From Rhodospirillaceae bacterium (GTDB taxonomy: Bacteria; Pseudomonadota; Alphaproteobacteria; UBA6615): DNA of 64,000 nt. The stretch is taken from the NCBI GenBank assembly GCA_038117265.1, contig JAYOFO010000003.1:10865-74864 (forward strand), written 5' to 3'. Of this stretch, positions 10,154 to 18,670 are shown one piece after another. The position numbers were made by a program, and so were the translations under genes. Under the pieces are notes generated by a model. It did no database searches. It saw nothing but the letters and a program-made list of their open reading frames with translations, and was not told where the DNA came from. How positions within the stretch are numbered: the first letter of the stretch is position 1; every line of letters starts with the position of its first letter.

Positions 10154-11743
10154 ATGGCCGAGCGCATCTACCTGTTCGACACGACCCTGCGCGACGGCGC
10201 GCAGACCCGCGGCGTCGACTTCTCCGTCGACGACAAGCGTACGATCGCGCGCGCGCTCGACGAGATCGGCCTCGACTATGTCGAGGGCGGCTGGCCGGGT
10301 GCGAACCCGGTCGACGACGCCTTCTTCGCCGAGAATCCGGGGCTGAAGCGTGCGTCCTTCACCGCCTTCGGCATGACGCGCCGGCCCGATCACTCGGCCG
10401 CGAACGATCCAGGGATCAACGCGCTGATCTCGACCGCCGCCGACGCCATCTGCATGGTCGGCAAGACCTGGGACTTCCATGTCGATGTCGCCTTCGGCAT
10501 CCCGCGCGCGGACAATGTCGCGATGATCGCCGACAGCGTCGCCTATGCCGCGTCGCGCAAGGACGAGGTGCTGTTCGACGCAGAGCATTTCTTCGACGGC
10601 TACAAGGCCAACCCGGACTATGCGCTGCAGTGCCTGAAGGCGGCGCTCGAGGGCGGCGCGCGCTGGGTCGTGCTGTGCGACACCAATGGCGGGACCCTGC
10701 CGCACGAGGTCTCGCGCATCGTCGCCGCGGTGCTGGAGCAGATTCCCGGTGATCGCGTCGGCATCCACACCCATGACGACACGGGGAATGCGGTGGCCAA
10801 CACGCTGGCGGCCGTCGAGGCGGGGGTCCGCCACGTGCAGGGCACCCTGAACGGGCTCGGCGAGCGCTGCGGCAACGCCAATCTGGTTAAGGTCGTGCCG
10901 AACCTGATGCTGAAATACGGCGGCGCCTACGAGACCGGGATCGATGCCGACGGCCTGCGCCGGCTCACCCATGTGTCGCGGTTGCTCGACGAGCTGCTCA
11001 ACCGCGCACCCGACCGGCATGCGGCCTATGTCGGCGAGGCGGCGTTCACCCACAAGGGCGGGCTGCACGTCTCGGCGGTGCAGAAGGATCCGTCTACCTA
11101 CGAACACATCGACCCGGCGGCCGTCGGCAACCAGCGCCACATCGTGGTGTCGGACCAGGCGGGCCGCTCGAACGTGCTGTCGCGGCTGGCCGAGGCCGGG
11201 ATCGACGTCGACAGCGCCGACCCGCGCATCTCGCGGCTGGTCGAGGACGTCAAGGCGCGCGAGTTCGAGGGCTATACCTATGACGGGGCCGAGGCGAGCT
11301 TCGAGCTGCTGGCCCGCCGGGCGCTGGGCAACCTGCCGAAATTCTACGTGATGGAGAGCTTCCGCTCCGAGGTCGAGCGGCGCTTCAACGCGCGCGGCGA
11401 CGTCACCACGGTAAGCCAGGCGGTGGTGAAGATGCAGATCGACGGCGAGCCGACGATGCAGGTCGCCGAGGGCAACGGCCCGGTCAACGCGCTCGACGAT
11501 GCGATGCGCAAGGCGCTGCTGCCGAAATATCCCGAGCTGGAGCAGATGCGCCTGGTCGACTTCAAGGTGCGCATCCTGACCCCGCAGGCGGCGACGGCGG
11601 CCGTGACCCGCGTGATGATCGAGTCCACCGACGAGACCGGTCAGCGCTGGGGCACGGTCGGCATCTCGCCGAATATCATCGATGCGGCCTACGAGGCGCT
11701 CGACGACGCCATCGTGCACAAGCTGTTGCGCGCACGCGGCTAG
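10154..11743 (+). CDS. cimA: Citramalate synthase / 2-isopropylmalate synthase family
   Basis: Starts MAERIYLFDTTLRDGAQ (HMGL-like TIM barrel) and has a C-terminal LeuA-dimer-like region. The upstream part of the track ORF (9974-) is an off-frame extension overlapping cysS. Confidence 0.85.
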   Translation: MAERIYLFDTTLRDGAQTRGVDFSVDDKRTIARALDEIGLDYVEGGWPGANPVDDAFFAENPGLKRASFTAFGMTRRPDHSAANDPGINALISTAADAICMVGKTWDFHVDVAFGIPRADNVAMIADSVAYAASRKDEVLFDAEHFFDGYKANPDYALQCLKAALEGGARWVVLCDTNGGTLPHEVSRIVAAVLEQIPGDRVGIHTHDDTGNAVANTLAAVEAGVRHVQGTLNGLGERCGNANLVKVVPNLMLKYGGAYETGIDADGLRRLTHVSRLLDELLNRAPDRHAAYVGEAAFTHKGGLHVSAVQKDPSTYEHIDPAAVGNQRHIVVSDQAGRSNVLSRLAEAGIDVDSADPRISRLVEDVKAREFEGYTYDGAEASFELLARRALGNLPKFYVMESFRSEVERRFNARGDVTTVSQAVVKMQIDGEPTMQVAEGNGPVNALDDAMRKALLPKYPELEQMRLVDFKVRILTPQAATAAVTRVMIESTDETGQRWGTVGISPNIIDAAYEALDDAIVHKLLRARG

Positions 11744-11833
11744 GCCCGCGGATCACACCGAAGTGACCGGTGGTTCAAGTGGCCCCGGCGGGTCCGCGCG
11801 CTAGGTTGCGCGGAGACGAGGGAGACACCTGCG

Positions 11834-12838
11834 ATGTACGTTCGCTTGTCCGCATGCCTGCGCAAGCCGTTCCTGGCGCTTCTGGCGGCGATCGCCGCGG
11901 CCGCGTTCGCGGTGCCATCGGCCTTGGCCGATCGCGACCGGTAGGCGCAAGACTGGCCGAACACCGATTTCTCGCGCCACAGCGTCGACCTCGACGAGAT
12001 CTTCTCGGGCGGGATCGGCCGCGACGTCATCCCGGCGATCGACGATCCGACCGTCGGCGGGCTGGACAGGGGCGCCGAGGTCCACGACCCGCGCGAGCCG
12101 GTGATCCGCGTGAGCGTCAACGGCGCGACGCGCGGCTATCCGCTGTCGGTGCTGATCTGGCACGAGATCGTCAATGACGAGCTCGGCGGTGTGCCCATCG
12201 CCGTCACCTACTGCCCGTTGTGCAACTCCGCCATCATCTTCGACCGGCGGGTCGGCGACGTGGTGCTCGACTTCGGGACCACGGGGAACCTGCGCTTTTC
12301 CGACCTGGTAATATACGACCGCCAGACCGAGAGCTGGTGACAGCAATTCACGGGCGAGGGGATCGTCGGTGCGCATTCGGGGACGTCCCTGACGATGCTG
12401 CCCAACCGGGTGATGCCGTTCGGCCTGTTCGCGGCCGAACATCCCGACGCCGACCTGCTCGAGCGCCCGCCCTTCTTTCCGCGCAACTACGGGGTGAACC
12501 CGTATCACGGCTACGACACGGCGCCCGAACCGATGTTGCCCGGCCTGCCGCTGCCTGAGGGCGTGGCGCCGATGGCCTATGTCGTGGCGGTGGGCGACCA
12601 GGCCTGGACCCTCGACCTGCTGCGCGAGGCGAAGCGGATCGAGGCGGGCGACCTGCTGATCACCTGGGAACCCGGCCAGCTCTCGGTCCTCGACGTCTCC
12701 TACATCAAGGAGGCGCGCGACATCGGCTATGTCACGGTCCGGCGCCGCACCCCGGCGGGATATGCCGAGGCGCTGCACGACCTGACGTTCGCCTTCGCCT
12801 TCACCGCTTTCCACCCGGACGGAACGCTGCACAGGTAG
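11834..12838 (+). pseudogene. DUF3179 family secreted protein with two in-frame stops (TAG 11942-11944, TGA 12338-12340)
   Basis: One continuous frame holds a signal peptide (MYVRLSACLRKPFLALLAAIAAAAFAVPSALA), TAG, ...IPAIDDP...WHEIVND..VTYCPLCNS...DRQTESW, TGA, then QQFTGEGIVG... to the end. Confidence 0.75.
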
Positions 12839-12862
12839 CCGGCACCCCGGCCCAGCCAGGGC

Positions 12863-14098
12863 CTATTCGGCCGCGACGGCGTAGTCCGGGATCTCGAGCT
12901 CGGGCAGCACCTTCTCCATGAACAGCTGCATCTCCTCCATCACCAAGTCCTTGGGCTGCTGGGCGAAGTGCCAGATCAGGGTGATGTACTCGAACGGCGC
13001 CTGGTCGAAGATGCCCTTCCAGTAGGCGATCGCGTCGTCGACGGTGCCGCCGGTCAGGAAGCTGGTGTTCTTCATCGCCTGGAACGCCGCCTCGTCGCTC
13101 GGATCGGCCCGCTCGACATTGTGGTTGGCGAACACCGAGTAGAAGTTCTTGAAGATGTCCACGTCGTACTTCATCACCCGCTTCTTGAACTCGTCGTAGT
13201 TCTTGGCGATCCGCGTCTGGCGAACGATGTTTTGGCGCTCGCCCAGCCGGAAGTTGTGGCCGTGCTCGTTGGCCACCCGATGGTACATCTTGGCCAGATC
13301 GACCACCACGTCGGTCGGGTTGAAGTAGCACGGGTGGAAGCCGTTCCTGGCGCAGTACTCGATGGTCTCGGGGCTCTTGTGGACGCCCAGGAAGACCGGC
13401 GGATGCGGCTTCTGGTAGGGCTTCGGCACGACGCAGATCCGTCGGATGGCGTCGTCGTCGCCGACCTCGCCCTCGGCACCGGCCGCGCGCGCGATGTCGG
13501 TGCCGGGATAGCCCTGGACGCCCGTCTCGAACGGGTAGGGGGCCTGGTAGTACTTGCCGTTGAGCGCGACGGAATCCTTGGTCCAGCAGTCGAGGATCAT
13601 CTCCAGCCGTTCCTCGAAGATCTCGCGGTTCAGCAGGTCGGCGGCGCTGCCATCCGAGGTCGAGGCGGGTGCGTCGACGGACTGGCCGAGGATGTCGGTC
13701 CAGCGCTTCTGGTAGCCGCGCGCGAAGCCGACGAAGTAGCGGCCGTTGCACAGATGGTCGATGATCGCCGTCTCCTCGGCCACGCGGATCGGGTCTTGCG
13801 TGGCGAGCACATAGCCGAGCGCGCCGACATGCAGGTTCTTGGTGTGCGCGGCCCAGTGGGCGTTGAGCACGCCCGGGTTGGGGCCGACCTCGTAGCCTTC
13901 CGAGTGTAGGTGATGCTCGATGGTGGACATACCCCACACGCCCATCTCGTCGGCCGCCTTGACGATCTCGGTCCACTCGTGGACGGCCTTGTTGTAGGCC
14001 GCGGAATCCGCACCGCGCGGGGCGCGCGCCTTGCGGTCGTCCTCGCCGTCGGCGGGGATCATCGGGTACAGCTGCACGATCACTTTGGGTAATGTCAT
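12863..14098 (-). CDS. LLM-class (luciferase-like) flavin-dependent oxidoreductase
   Basis: Starts MTLPKVIVQLYPM with RBS GGGAGGA. Luciferase-like TIM-barrel pattern (STIEHH.., GRY.VGF.RGY). The upstream part of the 554-aa track ORF is an artefact. Confidence 0.8.
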   Translation of the reverse strand: MTLPKVIVQLYPMIPADGEDDRKARAPRGADSAAYNKAVHEWTEIVKAADEMGVWGMSTIEHHLHSEGYEVGPNPGVLNAHWAAHTKNLHVGALGYVLATQDPIRVAEETAIIDHLCNGRYFVGFARGYQKRWTDILGQSVDAPASTSDGSAADLLNREIFEERLEMILDCWTKDSVALNGKYYQAPYPFETGVQGYPGTDIARAAGAEGEVGDDDAIRRICVVPKPYQKPHPPVFLGVHKSPETIEYCARNGFHPCYFNPTDVVVDLAKMYHRVANEHGHNFRLGERQNIVRQTRIAKNYDEFKKRVMKYDVDIFKNFYSVFANHNVERADPSDEAAFQAMKNTSFLTGGTVDDAIAYWKGIFDQAPFEYITLIWHFAQQPKDLVMEEMQLFMEKVLPELEIPDYAVAAE

Positions 14099-14145
14099 CG
14101 CTCGGTTCCTCCCGGATGTTGTTCGCGTGTTCGTATCGCGCCGGA

Positions 14146-14640
14146 TCAGGCGTCGATCCAGCCATCCTCCGTCTTCAGCCGGTGCGCCACGTCGGTCGGC
14201 TCGCGCACGATCGCCTCGATGAAGCAGCCCTGCTTGGCGGCCGCGATCAGCCGCAGCCGGTCCTCGACCGGGGCGTCGCTGTCGAACTCGATGTCCATGC
14301 GCACGCCGGTCGGCCGCGAGACATAGGGATCGCGGCCCGTCACCGTCGCCTCCCATTCCGCGTGGCAGCGCAAGACGGCGTTCCGCACATCGATGCGCAT
14401 CTTCTTGGCGAAGGCGCGAATCTGGGTCATCAGGCACGAGGTGAGGCCGGCCATGAAATAGGCCATGGGCACCGGCGCGGTGCCCTCGCCGCCCTGGAAG
14501 GCGGTCTCGTCGGAGGCGAATTCCCACGACATCTGCTTCGGCGCGACCCAGTCGACGGTCATCTCCGAGCGCATCTTGCCCACTGCGCGCGCCTCGCAGT
14601 CGAAGACGGCGGTGAAGGATCGCTCGAGGGCCTCGTTCAT
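14146..14640 (-). CDS. OsmC/Ohr family peroxiredoxin-like protein
   Basis: 164 aa with the two conserved Cys contexts (GLTSCLM, KQGCF) of the OsmC family. Lies immediately upstream of the LLM gene on the same strand. Confidence 0.75.
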   Translation of the reverse strand: MNEALERSFTAVFDCEARAVGKMRSEMTVDWVAPKQMSWEFASDETAFQGGEGTAPVPMAYFMAGLTSCLMTQIRAFAKKMRIDVRNAVLRCHAEWEATVTGRDPYVSRPTGVRMDIEFDSDAPVEDRLRLIAAAKQGCFIEAIVREPTDVAHRLKTEDGWIDA

Positions 14641-14709
14641 TGGGCGCGCTCCCGCTTTGAAGCTTCAGGCGCGATAGTGTAGCGGTATTGCGAACCCGCC
14701 GTCAGGCCC

Positions 14710-15543
14710 TTGAACGCAGGTATTTGCATGGCCGGTACCGACCGCACGCAGACCCCGATCCTCGGGGGACCGCGCGTCATCCTCGTCGAACCCCAGCTCG
14801 GCGAGAATGTCGGCGCGGTCGCGCGCGCCATGCTCAACTGCGGGCTCGACCGGCTGTCGCTGGTGAATCCGCGTGAGGCCTGGCCCAACCCCAAGGCCTT
14901 GGCGATGGCGGCCGGAGCGACCGAAGTCCTCGATAATGCGAAGGTGTTCGGGACGCTGGAGGAGGCCGTCGGCGGCGCGACGAACGTCTTTGCGACCACG
15001 GCACGCCCCCGCGAGACGACCGCGCGGGTGCTCACCCCGCGTGCCGCGGCGGCCGAAATGCGCGCCGCCCATGCCCGCGGCGAGGAGATCGGCCTGCTGT
15101 TCGGGCCCGAGCGCTCGGGGCTGACCAACGATCACATCGCGCTGGCGGACACCTTGATCACGGTGCCGCTGAACCCGGCCTATTCGTCGCTGAACCTTGC
15201 CCAGGCGGTGCTGCTGGTCGCGTATGAGTGGTTCACCGCCGGCGACGGCACGCCGGCCGAGGAACTCGCCATGGCCGGCACGCGCCCGGCCGAGAAGGAC
15301 GAGCTGATCGCGCTGTTCGAGCGGCTCGAGGCCGAGCTCGACGCGGGCGGCTTCTTCCGCGCCCCGGATCTCAGGCCGACGGTGGTGCGCAACCTGCGCT
15401 CGATGCTGCAGCGCGCGCGCCTGACCGAACAGGAGGTCCGCACCTTCCAGGGGGTGATCAGCGCGCTGACGCGGAGCTGGCAGCACACCCAGAACGCCAG
15501 GCGGCGGCGCGATGCGGCCGGGGACAAGCCCGGCGCGGACTAG
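14710..15543 (+). CDS. SpoU/TrmH-family RNA 2'-O-methyltransferase (TrmJ-like)
   Basis: ILVEPQLGENVGAVARAM and LLFGPERSGL are SPOUT methyltransferase motifs. The start could be the ATG at 14728. Confidence 0.8.
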   Translation: MNAGICMAGTDRTQTPILGGPRVILVEPQLGENVGAVARAMLNCGLDRLSLVNPREAWPNPKALAMAAGATEVLDNAKVFGTLEEAVGGATNVFATTARPRETTARVLTPRAAAAEMRAAHARGEEIGLLFGPERSGLTNDHIALADTLITVPLNPAYSSLNLAQAVLLVAYEWFTAGDGTPAEELAMAGTRPAEKDELIALFERLEAELDAGGFFRAPDLRPTVVRNLRSMLQRARLTEQEVRTFQGVISALTRSWQHTQNARRRRDAAGDKPGAD

Positions 15544-16475
15544 GGTGAGGGGGCGGGCGCGCGGCGCAGTCCGATGGCGAAATGGACGGCCAGGGTCGCC
15601 AGGATCACCGCCCCGCCGGCCAGGGTCGTCGCCGACGGCGTCTGGGCAATGGCGAGCCAGGCCCAGAAGGGCCCCAACACCGCCTCGAGCAGGATGATCA
15701 GGCTGACCTCGGGCGCCGGGATGTACTTCGGCCCCAGCCCGATCAGGAAGAACGAGACCGGCAGCACGGCGAAGCCGAGGATCGCCAGCCAGGCGATGTC
15801 GAGCGTGACGATGGCGACGGTCGGCGCCACGGCGAGCCCGACGAGGGCGATCAGGAAGCCGCCGAGCGCCAGCGAAGGCGCCGGGTCGTCGATCCGCGCA
15901 TGGCCGAGGATGACCACCATCCCGCCCCAGGCCAGCGCCGTGACGACCGCGGCGAAGTTGCCCCAATGGTCGCCGCGGCCCAGCCCCTCGGCAAAGATGA
16001 CGCCCATGGCGGCGATCGCGATGGCGATGGCAACGAAGGTGCGCGCCGGCACCCGCGCGCCGGCGAACATCCAGGCGAAGATCGCGGCAAACAGGGGCGC
16101 GCAGGCGACGATGAACAGCGTGTTGGCGACGCTGGTGGTGGTGATGGCCGTCACCCAGCCGACTGAGGAAACGGCGAACAGGAAGCCCACGGCGAGTTGG
16201 CCGCGCGTGCGCAGACGCGCGAAGACCGCGCCCGCACGGCCCCGGTAGCGCACCGCGACGAACAGGGTGAGCGCGATCCCCATGAACAGGCCGCGCCAGA
16301 ACAGCTGGGTGCGCGGGTCGGCGGCCACCAGCGAGGTCAGCAGCCCGTCGGGGCTGAGCACGATCACACCGGCGACGGTGATCGCTATCCCCTTGAACTG
16401 GCTGGATTCCTCTGTGGCGTGCGCCATCGGTGATACTGCCCCGGGGACCGTCGTTTCGCGCCTGCTCGAGCCCAT
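15540..16475 (-). CDS. DMT superfamily (EamA-like) transporter
   Basis: Roughly 10-TM hydrophobic protein with the duplicated EamA pattern. An alternative start is 16427. Its stop shares a CTAG with the trmJ-like stop. Confidence 0.75.
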   Translation of the reverse strand: MGSSRRETTVPGAVSPMAHATEESSQFKGIAITVAGVIVLSPDGLLTSLVAADPRTQLFWRGLFMGIALTLFVAVRYRGRAGAVFARLRTRGQLAVGFLFAVSSVGWVTAITTTSVANTLFIVACAPLFAAIFAWMFAGARVPARTFVAIAIAIAAMGVIFAEGLGRGDHWGNFAAVVTALAWGGMVVILGHARIDDPAPSLALGGFLIALVGLAVAPTVAIVTLDIAWLAILGFAVLPVSFFLIGLGPKYIPAPEVSLIILLEAVLGPFWAWLAIAQTPSATTLAGGAVILATLAVHFAIGLRRAPAPSP

Positions 16476-16484
16476 CGAACGGGT

Positions 16485-16512
16485 TTGACAATGCGCCGCC
16501 GATCCCTATAGT
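16485..16512 (+). promoter_or_regulatory. Candidate rpsD promoter (TTGACA-16 nt-TATAGT)
   Basis: Near-consensus -35 and -10 hexamers about 105 nt upstream of the rpsD ATG. Confidence 0.5.
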
Positions 16513-16618
16513 TGCGCGCCATTCCCGGGGACGTGGATCGGCAACGACCGAATCCCGCATCGCCAAGGCCTTATAGCGGTGCTGACCGGGACAACAAAGA
16601 CAACATCGGAACAGAACC

Positions 16619-17233
16619 ATGTCGAAGCGGCATTCCGCGAAATACAAGATCGATCGCCGTCTGGGCGAAAACCTCTGGGGCCGGCCGAAGAGCCCGGTCA
16701 ACCGGCGCGAGCACGGCCCCGGAGAACATGGCCGCCGACGCAAGAAGCCGTCGGATTATGGCCTCCACCTCATCGCCAAGCAGAAGCTGCGTAAGTATTA
16801 CGGCGACGTCGGCGAGCGGCAGTTCCGCCGCTACTACGACGAGGCCGTGCGTCGGCGCGGCGACACGGGCGAGAACCTGATCGAGCTACTCGAGCGACGC
16901 CTCGACGCCGTCATCTACCGGATGAAGTTCGTGCCGACGATCTTCGCCGCGCGCCAGTTCGTCAACCACGGCCACATCCGGGTGAACGGCAAGCGCGTGA
17001 ACATCCCGTCCTACCAGGTGCAGGACGGCGATGTGATCGAGGTGAAGGACAAGTCGCGCGAGATTCCGCTGGTGCTGGAGGCGATCGCCTCGAGCGAGCG
17101 CGACGTGCCGGACTATCTCGACGTCGACCTCAACAACCTCAAGGGCACCTACGTGCGCGGGCCGAAGCTCGCCGACGTGCCCTACCCGGTCCAGATGGAA
17201 CCGAACCTGGTCGTCGAGTTCTACTCGCTCTAG
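16619..17233 (+). CDS. rpsD: 30S ribosomal protein S4
   Basis: 204 aa, [26 protein letters not shown]..., with a C-terminal S4 RNA-binding domain. Confidence 0.97.
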   Translation: MSKRHSAKYKIDRRLGENLWGRPKSPVNRREHGPGEHGRRRKKPSDYGLHLIAKQKLRKYYGDVGERQFRRYYDEAVRRRGDTGENLIELLERRLDAVIYRMKFVPTIFAARQFVNHGHIRVNGKRVNIPSYQVQDGDVIEVKDKSREIPLVLEAIASSERDVPDYLDVDLNNLKGTYVRGPKLADVPYPVQMEPNLVVEFYSL

Positions 17234-17913
17234 CCGAGCAGTTCGCGCAAGCGTTTCAGGAGGCCGCCCCCGGGGTGGCCTTCTACCGTTTCGGACCTGG
17301 CGCCGCCATCGCTGCGCAGCGCGTCCAGAACGGCGTCGACGGGCGGGCGGCGGACATAGCCGCTTTCCGTGAAGCGGTGGCTGACGCGGCCCTGCGCGTC
17401 GAGCACGACGATCGCCGGGTGCGGCACCCCGTAATAGGGGCTGTCGGACGGGTAGTTCTCGTTCAGCAGGCCGAAGGCGCGGATCACCTCGGATCGCTCG
17501 TCCGACAGCGTCGGGAAGGCGATGGCCTTGCGGGCAGCGAAGCGCGCTAGCGTGGGAACCGCGTCGTAGGTGACGGTCGCGACCTCATAGCCCAGCGCGC
17601 GCACCTCCTCGATCCTGTCGTTCCAGGCGACCGCCTGGACCACGCAATAGGGTCACCAGGAAAGCGAACGCGAGAAGATCAGGATCAGGCCGCGGTTGCG
17701 CGTCAGCGCCCGGAAGTTGCGCACCTGGTCTTCCTGATCGGGCACCGAAAGGTCATGAGGCAGGGCCGTGCCGATAGCGACGCCCTTTTCGAGAGTGTCG
17801 AGCGGGCCGCGCGCCTGCGCGCCGGCCTCCGCCGCCGGCAGGAGCGTCGAAAGGAACATGGCCGCAAGCGCGGCGAGGAGCGCGGTGCGAAGCTGGCGGA
17901 TGCATCGGCGCAT
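17230..17913 (-). CDS. Secreted AhpC/TSA (redoxin, Prx-like) selenoprotein, Sec at codon 87 (TGA 17653-17655)
   Basis: Track ORFs 17653-17913 and 17230-17643 are in one frame and join as ...[26 protein letters not shown]... (WUPYC in place of WCPYC). Signal peptide present, RBS GGGAG, SECIS-like hairpin downstream. Confidence 0.8.
17623..17638 (-). promoter_or_regulatory. SECIS-like hairpin CCAGGC-GGUC-GCCUGG, loop at +24 to +27 from the U of UGA
   Basis: Perfect 6-bp stem with a GGUC tetraloop inside the coding sequence. Identical 16 nt occur at the same offset in the paralog. Confidence 0.7.
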
Positions 17914-17964
17914 GCTTTGGCTCCCGGGCGTACCCGGCCCGTTCGAATACGCGTTCCGCGCGGC

Positions 17965-18621
17965 CTAGCTTGCGGGCTGGCTCGCGCGTTCGAGGATCGT
18001 CTCGATCTCGGCTTCCGACGTGTAGCCGTGGCCGCCCCAGATGTTGGTGACGACGCCGTCGGCATTGACCACGACGACCCGGGGGTCGGCCGTGCCGTAA
18101 TAGCGGCTGCCCTCGGGGAACCGGTCGTTGAACAGGTCGAAGGCGCTGATCACCTGCTTGTCCGGATCGGACAGCGGCGGGAAGGCGATCTTGCGGCGTG
18201 CCGCGAAGCGCTTCACGGTCTCGGCGTCGTCAGCCGTGACGGACGCGACCTCGAAGCCCCGGGCGCGGATTTTCTCGATGTTGTCGTTCCAGGCGACCGC
18301 CTGGGCAATGCAGGTGGGTCACCACGCCAGCGAGCGCGAGAACAGCAGGATCAGGCCCTTCTTGGCCGTCAGCGCCTTGAAGTTGCGGACCTGGTCGGTC
18401 TGGTCGAGCACCGCGAGGTTGTGGGGGATCGCCTTGCCGATCGAATCGGCCTCGAGCGCGAGCGCCGCATGCGGCGCCAGAAATGTGAGCGTGCCGCCGA
18501 CGATAGTGGCCGCAACCGCGTGGCGCATTGCCTGGGCCCGCCGGCCGAAAACCTTGTGTCGCATGGCTTTTTGTATGCCTTCGCGTTCAATCGTGCTTGG
18601 GCACAGGATATGTTCCGCCAT
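17965..18621 (-). CDS. Secreted AhpC/TSA (redoxin, Prx-like) selenoprotein paralog, Sec encoded by TGA 18319-18321
   Basis: ORFs 18319-18621 and 17965-18216 are in one frame and join as ...LILLFSRSLAW-TGA-PTCIAQAVAWND... A signal-like N-terminus is present. The true start may be 18564 or 18528. Confidence 0.78.
18289..18304 (-). promoter_or_regulatory. SECIS-like hairpin CCAGGC-GGUC-GCCUGG (second copy)
   Basis: Same 16-nt hairpin at the same distance from the UGA as in the downstream paralog, although the flanking codons differ. Confidence 0.7.
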
Positions 18622-18670
18622 GCCGCGCCGGGCAACGCAAATAAATGTGATTGCCCGACGCGGGAATGGT

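Noticed and set aside
9716-11719. 667-aa minus-strand ORF antisense to cimA and the cysS 3' end
   Set aside because: It is the antisense frame of two strongly supported genes and has no motifs. It is an artefact of GC richness. The same reasoning applies to 6705-8210, 14665-16743, 36609-38102 and 51173-53317.
12338-17655. Global TGA-to-Trp (or other) reassignment as the explanation for the in-frame TGAs
   Set aside because: About 27 called genes end in TGA at expected positions, including the purQ TGA overlapping the purL ATG and purB ending at a normal C-terminus. TGA is therefore a functional stop. Only the two CxxC-position TGAs have a SECIS-like context.
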